Positions 6,603-16,394 of a stretch of 32,606 nucleotides of DNA are shown in pieces. Below the pieces are notes generated by a model. It was not told the origin of the DNA and did no database searches. It was given only the letters and a program-made list of their open reading frames with translations. How positions within the stretch are numbered: position 1 is the first letter of the stretch; every line of letters begins with the position of its first letter. The translations under genes and the position numbers were made by a program. The DNA comes from a virus (lineage: Duplodnaviria; Caudoviricetes). Where the stretch lies: positions 1 to 32,606 of IMG/VR virus record IMGVR_UViG_3300027640_000014, one strand, 5' to 3'.

Positions 6603-8630
6603 ATGTTCATCGGCAGTATTAACCAAGACCTCCGAGCGATTCTAAATGAAATGGCCCCTAACTGGACAGACCGTCCGGTGTATGTAGGCTGTTCAGGGAA
6701 TTTTACCGTAGAGCGCATACTGGCAAAAGCCGGAGTAAAAGAGATACATGGAAACGACGTATCCCTTTATTCATGCGCCCTGGGCTGGTATTTAACAGGC
6801 CGGAACACAGGGGTCAATATAAAGGTGCCGGAATACAACTGGCTGGCCAAATACATGACCAACGGGATCGGAGTGATAGCCACCCTGATGCTTTGCGGTG
6901 AAATGTTCAAGTATGTTGATCGCCCTGAACCCTTTCACCGGCGCATGTTTAAGGCATATAAGGACAGGTTCGATGGAATGCACTCCGAAACGGCTAAAAA
7001 GGTGGCCAAAGCCCTTGAGGAAGTAAGACTTGAATCGTTTTACGCCGGTGACGTTATAAACTTCATGCTGGACGCCCCTCAAGACTGTGTGGCAGTGAGC
7101 TTTCCTCCCACTTATTGCCTGGCGCCACACCATAGGATTTTGACGGCCGACCTTCGTTGGGTTCCATGTGGCAATCTTAAAGAGGGCGATCGTATTTTGG
7201 CGTTTGATGAGATGCCGAAAGATGGAAATAGGTGTCGCCGTTGGCGTTTTGCGACAGTGACAAGATCTCAACCCGAACAGAAAGAGTGTGTGAGAGTCAT
7301 TCTGGAAAACGGTGATTATATTGTTTGCACAACAGATCACCCCTGGCTTTCCAACCGCCATAAAAACTATGGACCCTGTGTATTGAAGCCGCTTTCTACA
7401 TGGGATACCGCAACATCATACGATGCCGGCTGGTTGGCTGGGATATTTGATGGAGAGGGTTCGCTGTCCTTGGCGAATCGCGCAAAACCTGGACACGAAG
7501 TTCTTGCAATGAATTTTATACAAAAACTTGGAGCGGTGGCTGACCGAGCCTCAGAGTTGTTGAAGGGAAGCGGACTTGATTTTAGTATAAGGCAGCGTCC
7601 TGGCGGAACACTCGCGTTCGAAATACATGGTGGTGTTCCAAGTGTAATGCGTACACTTGGAACACTAAGACCAGTAAGACTTCTTGAGAAGTGGTTGCAA
7701 CTTGAAATTGAAAGACTCAGCGTTCGCACACAACAGCAAGCCCGAATAAAGGTGTTAGCGGTGGAGACGGTAGGTATACAAGAAGTGCAATCCATTAGCA
7801 CATCAACGGGTACATATGTTGGTGAAGGCTATCTAATGCACAATACTGGCGGTTACGAGAGGATTTACAAAAAATTTGACGAGGTTTTTGAATGGGAGCG
7901 GCCTGACTATGTAATATTTGACGACCAAAGGTTTGAGCTGTTCACCACGATTCTGACCAGCAAGAAAACATGGGTCACGCTTAGAGACAAGCCGGTAGAA
8001 AGGTTCAAGGACAACCTGAGAGGGGTCGTCCAGACCGGGCTTAGAAGTAAGCCAGTCTATATATACGCCGGGGAAGGGAAAACAAGGCTCACCCAGGCCA
8101 GGCAAAAGACGGAGCCGGTGAACATAAAGCGGCTTGAAGGTGAAATAACCGGGCCTCTTTCCCTGATAAAACTGACCATCGGACAAATGAACACTCTCAG
8201 GAGTGAGTACCTTGCCACAGGCATTGTACCGGCGGCGCCGCAAATAAGCCTGGGGGTGGTAGCAGGGGACAGGCTTATCGGAGCAACGGGGTTTTCTGCA
8301 GCCAAGTACGGAGACATAAACGACGTATACATGATGAGTGACTTTGCGGTACCCCAAAAGGTTTATAAGAGATTATCAAAACTGGTCCTCATTGCCGCAG
8401 CATCTAAAGAGGTCCAGGCTATTTTGCAGCAGGCTTTCAATAGAAAGGTGAAGGACATCTATACAACAGCCTTTACCGACAAGGCCGTGAGCATGAAATA
8501 CCGGGGGATATTTGAGGTTTACAACCGGAAAGACGGTTTTATAAATTACGTTTCGGAGGCGGGAAGATGGACGCTGGCGGAGGGCCTGGAAACCTGGAAG
8601 AAAAAACACTCACAAAGATTGACAGGATAA
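6603..8630 (+). CDS. putative adenine-methyltransferase-like protein with C-terminal GNAT/Mom-like region, interrupted by an intein
   Basis: SAM-binding-like VYVGCSGNFTVE, IHGNDVSLYS and motif-IV-like SFPPTY. The C-terminus LGVVAGDRLIGATGF...MMSDFAV...YKRLSKLVL...TTAFT...SMKYRG is GNAT-like (inference). Confidence 0.7.
   Translation: MFIGSINQDLRAILNEMAPNWTDRPVYVGCSGNFTVERILAKAGVKEIHGNDVSLYSCALGWYLTGRNTGVNIKVPEYNWLAKYMTNGIGVIATLMLCGEMFKYVDRPEPFHRRMFKAYKDRFDGMHSETAKKVAKALEEVRLESFYAGDVINFMLDAPQDCVAVSFPPTYCLAPHHRILTADLRWVPCGNLKEGDRILAFDEMPKDGNRCRRWRFATVTRSQPEQKECVRVILENGDYIVCTTDHPWLSNRHKNYGPCVLKPLSTWDTATSYDAGWLAGIFDGEGSLSLANRAKPGHEVLAMNFIQKLGAVADRASELLKGSGLDFSIRQRPGGTLAFEIHGGVPSVMRTLGTLRPVRLLEKWLQLEIERLSVRTQQQARIKVLAVETVGIQEVQSISTSTGTYVGEGYLMHNTGGYERIYKKFDEVFEWERPDYVIFDDQRFELFTTILTSKKTWVTLRDKPVERFKDNLRGVVQTGLRSKPVYIYAGEGKTRLTQARQKTEPVNIKRLEGEITGPLSLIKLTIGQMNTLRSEYLATGIVPAAPQISLGVVAGDRLIGATGFSAAKYGDINDVYMMSDFAVPQKVYKRLSKLVLIAAASKEVQAILQQAFNRKVKDIYTTAFTDKAVSMKYRGIFEVYNRKDGFINYVSEAGRWTLAEGLETWKKKHSQRLTG
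7116..7844 (+). mobile_element. intein (243 aa) with a single LAGLIDADG motif
   Basis: Block A CLAPHHRILTAD...LKEGD; block B IVCTTDHPWL (TxxH); LAGLIDADG WLAGIFDGEGSL; C-terminal GTYVGEGYLMHN followed by Thr(+1). Confidence 0.93.
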
Positions 8631-9550
8631 ACGAACTTCTTGAGAAAGTAAACCAGCTTCTTGACGACAAACCTATCAAGTTGGCGGTAGCTCATGTAGA
8701 TGACCTGGTTCTTCTGGACAAGAACGCCCGCTACATGACAAACGAGGTGTTCCGAAACCTGGCGAACAACATAAGACGGGACGGCGGCTTAACCTCCACC
8801 CCGTTCTGCTTAAAGCGGGATGACGGAAAGTATTTGGTTCTATCCGGCAACCACAGGGTAAAGGGGGCAAGGGAGGCAGGAGAAACCCACATCCTGATTC
8901 TCTATACAGACAGGTCGCTGACCAGACAGGAGCAGGTTGCAATTCAGCTTTCTCATAATGCTATTGCTGGCCAGGACGATATGGCCATACTGAAGGAGTT
9001 GTGGGAAGAACTGCAGGATGTAGACTTGAAATATTATGCCGGTCTGGACGACAAGACTTTGGACGAGCTACATAAAATCAATCTGGAATCGCTATCTGAG
9101 GTAAAGCTGGACTTCCGGACCATCAGCTTTATTATGCTCCCGGAGGAAATTCACCGGCTCAACGATATACTGGATCAGGCATTGAAAACGGTGGCTGCCA
9201 AGGAAATTTACCTCGCAAATCTATCTGATTATGACAGGGCGCTGGACAGTCTGGCAAAAACCCAGGCGGCTTACAACGTGAAGAATGCGGCCACCAGCTT
9301 AATGATTATCCTGGACCTGTTCGAGAGGTACCAGACTGAGCTGGCGGAAGGCTGGGAGGAATCCGAAGGGGGAAAACAGCGGAGCTGGGTACCGCTGTCG
9401 TCAATCTTGGGAACCGATAAAGTGCCGGTGGAAGCGGCCAAGGTGATTAAAAAGGCAGTCGATATGATGCAGGCCAAGGGCGAAATTACTAAAAAGAATC
9501 TCTGGCAGGCTGTAGAATATTGGGCTGCTGAATATCTGGGGGGCGTGTAA
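8567..9550 (+). CDS. ParB/Srx N-terminal domain protein
   Basis: L.LLDKNARYM...L..NI..DG...P......YLVLSGNHRV..A..AG...QLSHNAIAG. Confidence 0.85.
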   Translation: MDAGGGPGNLEEKTLTKIDRINELLEKVNQLLDDKPIKLAVAHVDDLVLLDKNARYMTNEVFRNLANNIRRDGGLTSTPFCLKRDDGKYLVLSGNHRVKGAREAGETHILILYTDRSLTRQEQVAIQLSHNAIAGQDDMAILKELWEELQDVDLKYYAGLDDKTLDELHKINLESLSEVKLDFRTISFIMLPEEIHRLNDILDQALKTVAAKEIYLANLSDYDRALDSLAKTQAAYNVKNAATSLMIILDLFERYQTELAEGWEESEGGKQRSWVPLSSILGTDKVPVEAAKVIKKAVDMMQAKGEITKKNLWQAVEYWAAEYLGGV

Positions 9551-9551
9551 A

Positions 9552-10106
9552 GTGGCATCGTGGGATAAGCTGGAAGGCGAGTCGGCCAAGGCCTTCAAGG
9601 CTTTTTGTGTATACAGGGACATGGAAGACCGGAGTATGCGGAAGTCACTTGAAGTGATCGGAAAGCCACCGGGATACATCCGGCAATTAGAGAGATGGAG
9701 CGCAGCATTTGGGTGGGTCCGCAGGGCAGAAGCCTATGACGTTTTCCAGGAAGCCGAGAAGCGCCGGACCATGGAAAAAGACCGAACAAAAATGAATGAG
9801 CGGCACGTCAAACAGTCCCAGGCTATCCAAAATAAAGTGGTCGAAAGACTTATGACCATTAAGCCGTCAGAGCTTTCCCCTTCGGACCTGATCAAGTGGT
9901 TCGAGGTAGCAGCTAAGACTGAGCGCCTGGCCAGGGGAGAAACGACAGAGAATATTAAACAGGAGAGCACAGGCAAGGGAGGAGATCCATTCGGGTTAGA
10001 GGGCCTGGACTTCACCCGGCTGTCCGTCGAGGAGCTGAAAACCCTTGCGGAACTTATTAAGCGAGCTAGGGTCACTGAACCCGGGGGCGATACAGCGCAA
10101 AATTGA
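9552..10106 (+). CDS. terS: terminase small subunit (putative)
   Basis: ESAKAFKAFCVYRDM...RWS..FGWV.RA.AYD HTH; ERLARGE.TE; position directly upstream of TerL. Confidence 0.75.
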   Translation: MASWDKLEGESAKAFKAFCVYRDMEDRSMRKSLEVIGKPPGYIRQLERWSAAFGWVRRAEAYDVFQEAEKRRTMEKDRTKMNERHVKQSQAIQNKVVERLMTIKPSELSPSDLIKWFEVAAKTERLARGETTENIKQESTGKGGDPFGLEGLDFTRLSVEELKTLAELIKRARVTEPGGDTAQN

Positions 10107-11592
10107 CCTGGCCCTGGCAGAGAAGTCACTGGCCGAGTACATAAAGCAAGCCTGGCGGATAATTGAGCCGGGAACTACTTACCTGCACAACTGGCACATT
10201 GACGCTATAGCGGAGTACCTGGAGGCGGTGACAGCCGACCAGATCACCAGGCTGATCATCAACATACCGCCACGTTACATGAAGTCTTCCCAGGTGACGG
10301 TCTGCTGGCCTACCTGGGAGTGGATAAAGCGCCCCGAGATGCGCTACATTTTTGCATCCTACAGCGCAGGGCTATCGACCAAACATTCGGTGGACCGCAG
10401 AACGATTATTGAATCGGACTGGTACCAAAAAAACTGGGGACATATCGTAAAACTTGCCGATGATCAGAATACCAAGACGGAGTACATGAACACCCGCCGG
10501 GGCACCATGGTGGCTACCTCCATCGGGGGGACCGCCACCGGTAAGGGCGGCAACAGGATCATAGTTGATGACCCGCACAACCCTGAGGAAGCTCAGTCTG
10601 ACACCCAGCGAATGGTGGGGATCAGGTACTTTAACCAAACCCTGTCCACCCGCCTTGACGACAAGAAGAAGGGCTCCATCGTGGTGGTCATGCAGCGACT
10701 CCACGAGCAGGACCTAACCGGTCACCTTCTGGATCAGGGAGGATGGGAACACCTTTGCTTGCCGGCCGAGGCAGAACCAGACAGATTAATTGTTGTAATG
10801 CCAATGACCGGCAGGGTTATAGAACGCAAAGATGGAGAACTTCTTTGGCCCGAACGTGAGGGCACCAAGGAAATTGAAAAGGCCAAGAAATCCCTTGGCA
10901 GCTACGGTTATGCCGGGCAGTACCAGCAGAGGCCCAGTCCCTCCGAGGGCGGTATATTTAAACGCAGATGGATCAGGTTCTGGCACCCGCAGGGCATGCC
11001 ACTGCCCCCGGTAAGCATTAAGGTGGCCGAGGGATATATCCAGATCCATCCGGTACCACTGCCAGACAACCTGACTCAACTACAGTCCTGGGACATGGCC
11101 TTTAAGGACACCAAGACCAGCGCCTATGTTTCTGGCCAAGTCTGGGGGCAGCTGGGAGCCAACTGCTATCTGCTGGACCAGGAAAGGGGTAAGTTAAGTT
11201 TCGTTGATACCATCAAGGCGGTGAAAATACTTACCGAAAAATGGCCCCTGACAACTGGAAAGCTGGTGGAGGATGCGGCAAACGGCCCGGCAGTAATCAG
11301 TATGTTGAGGGATAAAATCCAGGGCCTTATAGAGGTGCAGCCCTTGGGGTCCAAGGAAGCCAGGGCGCACTCTGTCAGCCCACTGTTCGAGGCCGGCAAC
11401 GTTTTTGTACCTCACCCAAGCCTGGCACCATGGGTCAATGACTACATAGAAGAAATGGTGACCTTCCCGAACAGCAAGTACAAAGACCAGGTGGACTCCA
11501 CCACCCAGGCACTGAACAGGATGAGGGTGGCCATACCGGCAGATTTTGAGCTTGACGGTCTGTTTACCGAAGAAAGCAAGTGGAGGATTTGA
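10045..11592 (+). CDS. terL: terminase large subunit
   Basis: Walker A INIPPRYMKS, Walker B IIVDDP, MQRLH, YQQRP, nuclease motifs QSWDMAFK and DQVDSTTQAL. Confidence 0.95.
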   Translation: MRNLLSELGSLNPGAIQRKIDLALAEKSLAEYIKQAWRIIEPGTTYLHNWHIDAIAEYLEAVTADQITRLIINIPPRYMKSSQVTVCWPTWEWIKRPEMRYIFASYSAGLSTKHSVDRRTIIESDWYQKNWGHIVKLADDQNTKTEYMNTRRGTMVATSIGGTATGKGGNRIIVDDPHNPEEAQSDTQRMVGIRYFNQTLSTRLDDKKKGSIVVVMQRLHEQDLTGHLLDQGGWEHLCLPAEAEPDRLIVVMPMTGRVIERKDGELLWPEREGTKEIEKAKKSLGSYGYAGQYQQRPSPSEGGIFKRRWIRFWHPQGMPLPPVSIKVAEGYIQIHPVPLPDNLTQLQSWDMAFKDTKTSAYVSGQVWGQLGANCYLLDQERGKLSFVDTIKAVKILTEKWPLTTGKLVEDAANGPAVISMLRDKIQGLIEVQPLGSKEARAHSVSPLFEAGNVFVPHPSLAPWVNDYIEEMVTFPNSKYKDQVDSTTQALNRMRVAIPADFELDGLFTEESKWRI

Positions 11593-11593
11593 G

Positions 11594-13012
11594 ATGGCTG
11601 ATATTGAAAGTGGTGCTCTTTTCAGTGAATCAGGGAGAACAGGTCTTAACCGCTACGGCGGTTTTATTTACGAGGAATATCATAAAGACCTGAAAGGCAC
11701 CAAAGGAGTCAAGGTCTACAAAGAGATGCGGGACAATGAACCCGTGGTCGGCGCCATTCTCTACGCCATCAAGATGCTGATCAGGCAAGCCAGTTGGCGG
11801 GTGGAGCCAGCCGGGAATACCAGCCAAGACCATGAGGCTGCGGATTTCCTGGAGTCCTGCCTTTATGATATGTCCACTTCCTGGCACAACATCATCACCG
11901 AGATCCTGTCCATGCTGGTCTTCGGCTGGTCGTGGCATGAAATAGTCTTTAAGCGGCGCATGGGGGACAGCCGGGACCCCAGCAAAAAGAGCAAATACAA
12001 TGACGGTCGGATAGGCTGGAGGAAGCTGCCCATCCGGGCTCAGGAGTCACTCTACGAATGGATGTACGACGAAAAAGATGAAAGCCTTATAGGCATGAGG
12101 CAGCAGGCCCCGCCGACCTGGAAGATTTACGATATACCCCTGAGCAAGTCCCTATTATTCCGGACCGAGAGCTTTAAGGATGATCCGGGTGGTCGCAGTA
12201 TACTAAGGACGGCATACCGGCCATATTACTTTAAAAAGCACATCGAAGAAATTGAGGCCATCGGCATTGAGCGGGACCTGGCAGGTCTGCCGGTGGCCAA
12301 CGTGCCGGTTGAACTGCTGTCAAAGAATGCCACTCCGGAACAGAAGGCACTGAGAGAGTCTATTAAAAAAATGCTGGCTACTATTCGCCGGGACACTAAC
12401 GAGGGGATCGTTTTCCCGGCTGAGGACACACCGGACGGGAAAAAGACCGGATATAAACTGAGCCTATTAACGTCTGGGGGGCGCAGGCAATTAGACACCA
12501 ACGCCACCATTATGAGGTACGACAGGGCCATTGCTATAACCACCCTGGCAGACTTCATCCTGATCGGCCATGAGAAGGTCGGGAGCTTTGCCCTGAACAG
12601 CTCCAAGACGGCCCTTTTCTCAACGGCCGGCGGGGCCTTCCTGGACGGAATCTGTGAAGTGTTCAACAGCCACGCAATCCCGACCCTGTTCTCACTAAAT
12701 CCGTTCCAGGGGCTGACCGGGCTACCGGAACTGAAGCATGGGGATTTGGAAACCGTAGACCTGACTGAATTGGGAGAGTATATCACAGCCATGTCCGGGG
12801 CCGGGGCCACCCTATTCCCTGACGACGCCCTGGAGAATTACCTCCGGCAACAGGCAGGCTTCCCGGAAAAGCCGGAAGGCGCCCCAGACGGTGAACCGGG
12901 CACGAAACCTAAACCAGCCGAGAAAAACCCCAAGGAGGCTGCTGAAGAACTGGCTAAATTCGCGGAGGAGGTCCGTAAGCAAATTGAGGCCATTGATCGA
13001 GGGAATGACTAA
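11594..13012 (+). CDS. portal protein (DUF935/Mu gp29-like)
   Basis: Follows TerL; ILSMLVFGWSWHEIV, GRSILRTAYRPYYFK, IGIERDLAGLP, GSFAL; GGAGG RBS before ATG 11594. Confidence 0.88.
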   Translation: MADIESGALFSESGRTGLNRYGGFIYEEYHKDLKGTKGVKVYKEMRDNEPVVGAILYAIKMLIRQASWRVEPAGNTSQDHEAADFLESCLYDMSTSWHNIITEILSMLVFGWSWHEIVFKRRMGDSRDPSKKSKYNDGRIGWRKLPIRAQESLYEWMYDEKDESLIGMRQQAPPTWKIYDIPLSKSLLFRTESFKDDPGGRSILRTAYRPYYFKKHIEEIEAIGIERDLAGLPVANVPVELLSKNATPEQKALRESIKKMLATIRRDTNEGIVFPAEDTPDGKKTGYKLSLLTSGGRRQLDTNATIMRYDRAIAITTLADFILIGHEKVGSFALNSSKTALFSTAGGAFLDGICEVFNSHAIPTLFSLNPFQGLTGLPELKHGDLETVDLTELGEYITAMSGAGATLFPDDALENYLRQQAGFPEKPEGAPDGEPGTKPKPAEKNPKEAAEELAKFAEEVRKQIEAIDRGND

Positions 13013-16000
13013 GGGCCATGCTCTCCGGCTGGTCGATGACCTGGAGTATATTGTTGGGTACCTGGTGCGGAAGGATTCATCGGCCAGGGATGCTTACAAG
13101 AAGCTCAAAGAACTGGAGGACAGTCTGGCCTCCAAGCTCACTCAATTATGGCAAGGCCAGAGCGCAGCCGCTACCAAAGTTATGGTGGACTACCTGAAAA
13201 AATACGGTAAGCAGCTTACTGAAACCCACGCCCAGGCAGCTGCTGCCGGCCTCAAACTCTACATGGGCAAAGGCTTTGTCAAGGCTACCAAGGACGAGGA
13301 TTTGGTTAGCCACATATTTTACTCCTACGACATGGTGGGCAAACAGACCGCCAAGGTCCTGGATGTGCCATATGCTTTTACATTCGTAGACAAAAACATG
13401 ATGACGTGGCTGGATAAAGACTTTAACTTCTGGATTGGGAATTTTTATAACACCTTCATCCAGGATGCGGTCACGTTAACAGTCCAGGAATACGCTATTA
13501 ACCAGGGACAGAACGCCTGGACCACCGGCCAACGGATCAAGGATGTCATCAACGGGCAGTATGAAATACCGCCTAAATACCTCCCGGGGAGTTACATCCG
13601 GGCCGAGGCATACTGGCAAGGTCTGGCCACCAACGCCATCACCAGGGCGGCGGTCTTCGGGGCCATTGAACCCATGTTGGCCGCAGAGGTGGAAACTTAC
13701 GAGATTATCAACGCCGGGGATGAGCGGGTCTGTTCTCTCTGCCGGCACATGAACGGGAAGACCTATTCCATCAATCATGCCGTGGACCTAAGAGACAAAT
13801 TTCTTTCAGCCACCAGCCCGGTGGAGGTTAAAACCATCCACCCATGGCGGAGCTTAAAGCAGGTCAAGGACTGGGACCAGGCCACCCTGGCGGCCAATGG
13901 AATGCAGTTGCCTGACTTTCACTTCCATTGCCGCTGTGACATTGTGGCCAAGACATTTAAGGAATACGACCAACCGGTGCCCATGACCCCGAGGACCCCA
14001 AGGCAGGGATCTGGCCTGCCAGGGATGAACCAGCTTGCGCTGGTAGATTCCTCACCCAGCCTGGGAGGGGCCGGCAAAAAGGAAATCTGGGAGGATAATA
14101 AGGGTCAGCGATACCTGTTCAAATACTCCACCCTGAAGTACAGCGATAAGGAGGAACCATTTAAGGCGCACATTCAACAGGCTTCTTCAGGCCTGGCCAG
14201 TAAACTTTATGATGCTGACAAGTACATTCGGGTCAAGGTGGTGCATCACCCCGGGGGCGGTCTGGGTACCCTGCAGAAACTGGAGGATGTAGAAGGTGAC
14301 CTCAAGCAGATCAACTGGAAGTCCCTCTCATCAGAAGATTGGAAGCGCATCCAGGAGGAACACGTTCTGGACTGGTCCATCGGCAACTTTGACAGCCACG
14401 CCGGCAACTTTATTAAACTAAAAGACGGTCGGCTGATGGGTATAGACAAGGAGCAGGCTTTCCGGTACATAGATGACGCCAGCTCCTGGAAGATGAGCAT
14501 GGATTATCACCCCAACGCCAAGTACGGTGAACAGGAACCGCTGTACAACACCATGTACCGGGCTTTCGCCCAGAACCAGGTGGACCTGGACCTGCAGACG
14601 GTGCTGCCGGTTATAAAGCGCCTGGAGGCCATTCCGGACGACGAATATAAAAAGATATTCCGGCCTTACGCCAAGGCCCTCAAGGGGAACGACATAGAGG
14701 CCGAGAAGTTGCTGGGCTTCATCGTGGCACGCAAGAACGCGGTCAGGGAAAGCTACCGGAAGTTTTTCACCCAGCTGCTCCAGGAACGGGACAAGAGCTT
14801 TACCGGTGTCTTCAAGTTCCTGGACGAGATGACCGAACAGGAAGCTAGATTTTTGCCACTGGCTGCCAAAAATCTGACCAAGCATGAACTTAGCCAACTG
14901 ACCAAAAAAGACCTGAAGTTACTGGCCAAGGCCAAGAAGATCCCTTACTGCCACTACATGAAGGAGGACGAATTGATAGAGGTCCTGGCAGGAACGGACA
15001 AAGCCGGAGAAATTTTAGCCATGGTCAAGGCCAGGACAAATGCTAACATCGGCGCCAGATTGCCGGCAAAAACCGTGGAAAAGCCAGAGGGGGACATTTT
15101 CGAGGACCTGGGGGTAGTGGCTAAAACACCATACGGGCAAGCCTTTAAAAAAGACGGTCAAATGGTTGAGGGCCAGCAGGTAGCGGTTAGGCGGTTCCAG
15201 GTGGACGGAAACCTGGGCTATCAACTATATTTCAAGATCCCGAAACAGTTTCATGGTGACGTCGTGACCGCCTTTGCAAAATCCGGCCTCGATATCAACC
15301 TGGGCCGACTGAAGTTTTACCGCGGTTACCGAGACCAAAATTCTGGGGTATTCAGAGTCAGTGCCGCTGATGAGTATTACCGGGCATCATCGACGGTGGC
15401 CACCGGCAACGGCATTGAGGTATATTTTGTACATGACGACAGGATGAGAGCATATCTGGGACATTTCGAGATCCGGATTTTTGAACCAGATGGAAAAAAA
15501 GCGGCACAAAGGGTAAAAGATTTCCTCCGAAAAAGCGGACTGGAAAAGATTATGGAAAACCCAACCCCTGAAGAGGGCCGGCTGCACCGGCTTTCAGTCC
15601 TGGCTTGGCAGCACCGCCCCCGGGAGGAATACCAGCTGGACAGGGGCAATAGGTCTGTCGGGCAGATGGAGGCATTTTTAAAAAGTCACGGGATAGACCC
15701 GGCCATGGCTGACAAGCTCATTGAAAAAGAGGTTTGGCCAAACTACAGAACATTCATTAACCCGGGTATGGTTAAGGAATACAGGGATGCCGGAGGCGTT
15801 CACCTTTTTGCCGGAGTTGGAACTGAGCCGGAAAGAGTGGCCACAATTGTGTCCAAAGACAGCCCAGGACTCATGTCAACTCTGCAAAGATACCAACACG
15901 GGATCATTGGTGATGGGTCTTCTGAAGATTCCGATGAAGTAAAGGGCGGGGCAGACAATGCCTTTGTACGTCTGGTAACAAAAAACGCCAAGGGCAAACA

Positions 16001-16352
16001 TAAGTACGATGATCACTTTAAAGGGGGAGGTTATCGTCTTATATTTGACCTCAAATCCTTAGAACGATGCGATTGGTACGCATATAACAGGGATAGTTTT
16101 GGAAGCACTGAACAGAATAAATATTCCAATCGCATGGGTGCTTTAGAGCATATTAAGGAGGTTAATGACGATTACAACCAAGGCAACGAGATTATGTTTC
16201 GCCGGGGCCTGGCCAAAGAATACATCAAAGAGATTCACTGCAACACCGAATGGGAAAAACTGAGGTTGATCCAAGCCCTGAAAGATGCCGGCATTAATGA
16301 ACTGAACGGCATTAAGGCGGATGATCTGGTTAAGGTCAGAAGAGTTATTTAA
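13005..16352 (+). CDS. long MuF (minor head/morphogenesis) protein with HipA/PI3K-like kinase, Rho-N-like and putative ART-like C-terminal domains
   Basis: MuF core DERVCSLCRHMNG...PDFHFHCRC; kinase LGGAGKK...YLFK...DWSIGNFDSHAGNF...IDKEQAF; Rho-N-like LSQLTKKDLKLLAKAKKIP...EDELIEVL; C-terminal H...GLMST...GGADNAFVR...NEIMF. Confidence 0.85.
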   Translation: MTKGHALRLVDDLEYIVGYLVRKDSSARDAYKKLKELEDSLASKLTQLWQGQSAAATKVMVDYLKKYGKQLTETHAQAAAAGLKLYMGKGFVKATKDEDLVSHIFYSYDMVGKQTAKVLDVPYAFTFVDKNMMTWLDKDFNFWIGNFYNTFIQDAVTLTVQEYAINQGQNAWTTGQRIKDVINGQYEIPPKYLPGSYIRAEAYWQGLATNAITRAAVFGAIEPMLAAEVETYEIINAGDERVCSLCRHMNGKTYSINHAVDLRDKFLSATSPVEVKTIHPWRSLKQVKDWDQATLAANGMQLPDFHFHCRCDIVAKTFKEYDQPVPMTPRTPRQGSGLPGMNQLALVDSSPSLGGAGKKEIWEDNKGQRYLFKYSTLKYSDKEEPFKAHIQQASSGLASKLYDADKYIRVKVVHHPGGGLGTLQKLEDVEGDLKQINWKSLSSEDWKRIQEEHVLDWSIGNFDSHAGNFIKLKDGRLMGIDKEQAFRYIDDASSWKMSMDYHPNAKYGEQEPLYNTMYRAFAQNQVDLDLQTVLPVIKRLEAIPDDEYKKIFRPYAKALKGNDIEAEKLLGFIVARKNAVRESYRKFFTQLLQERDKSFTGVFKFLDEMTEQEARFLPLAAKNLTKHELSQLTKKDLKLLAKAKKIPYCHYMKEDELIEVLAGTDKAGEILAMVKARTNANIGARLPAKTVEKPEGDIFEDLGVVAKTPYGQAFKKDGQMVEGQQVAVRRFQVDGNLGYQLYFKIPKQFHGDVVTAFAKSGLDINLGRLKFYRGYRDQNSGVFRVSAADEYYRASSTVATGNGIEVYFVHDDRMRAYLGHFEIRIFEPDGKKAAQRVKDFLRKSGLEKIMENPTPEEGRLHRLSVLAWQHRPREEYQLDRGNRSVGQMEAFLKSHGIDPAMADKLIEKEVWPNYRTFINPGMVKEYRDAGGVHLFAGVGTEPERVATIVSKDSPGLMSTLQRYQHGIIGDGSSEDSDEVKGGADNAFVRLVTKNAKGKHKYDDHFKGGGYRLIFDLKSLERCDWYAYNRDSFGSTEQNKYSNRMGALEHIKEVNDDYNQGNEIMFRRGLAKEYIKEIHCNTEWEKLRLIQALKDAGINELNGIKADDLVKVRRVI

Positions 16353-16374
16353 TATGCAGTCATAACCCATAAAA

Positions 16375-16383
16375 TGGTATAAT
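16375..16383 (+). promoter_or_regulatory. extended -10 promoter for the gene downstream of MuF
   Basis: Perfect TG-G-TATAAT in the 42-bp gap after the MuF stop. Confidence 0.65.
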
Positions 16384-16394
16384 GTTAAAGGGGT

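Noticed and set aside
12891-13004. Longer start for MuF
   Set aside because: It would overlap the portal by 122 bp. ATG 13005, overlapping the portal's last codons, is more plausible.
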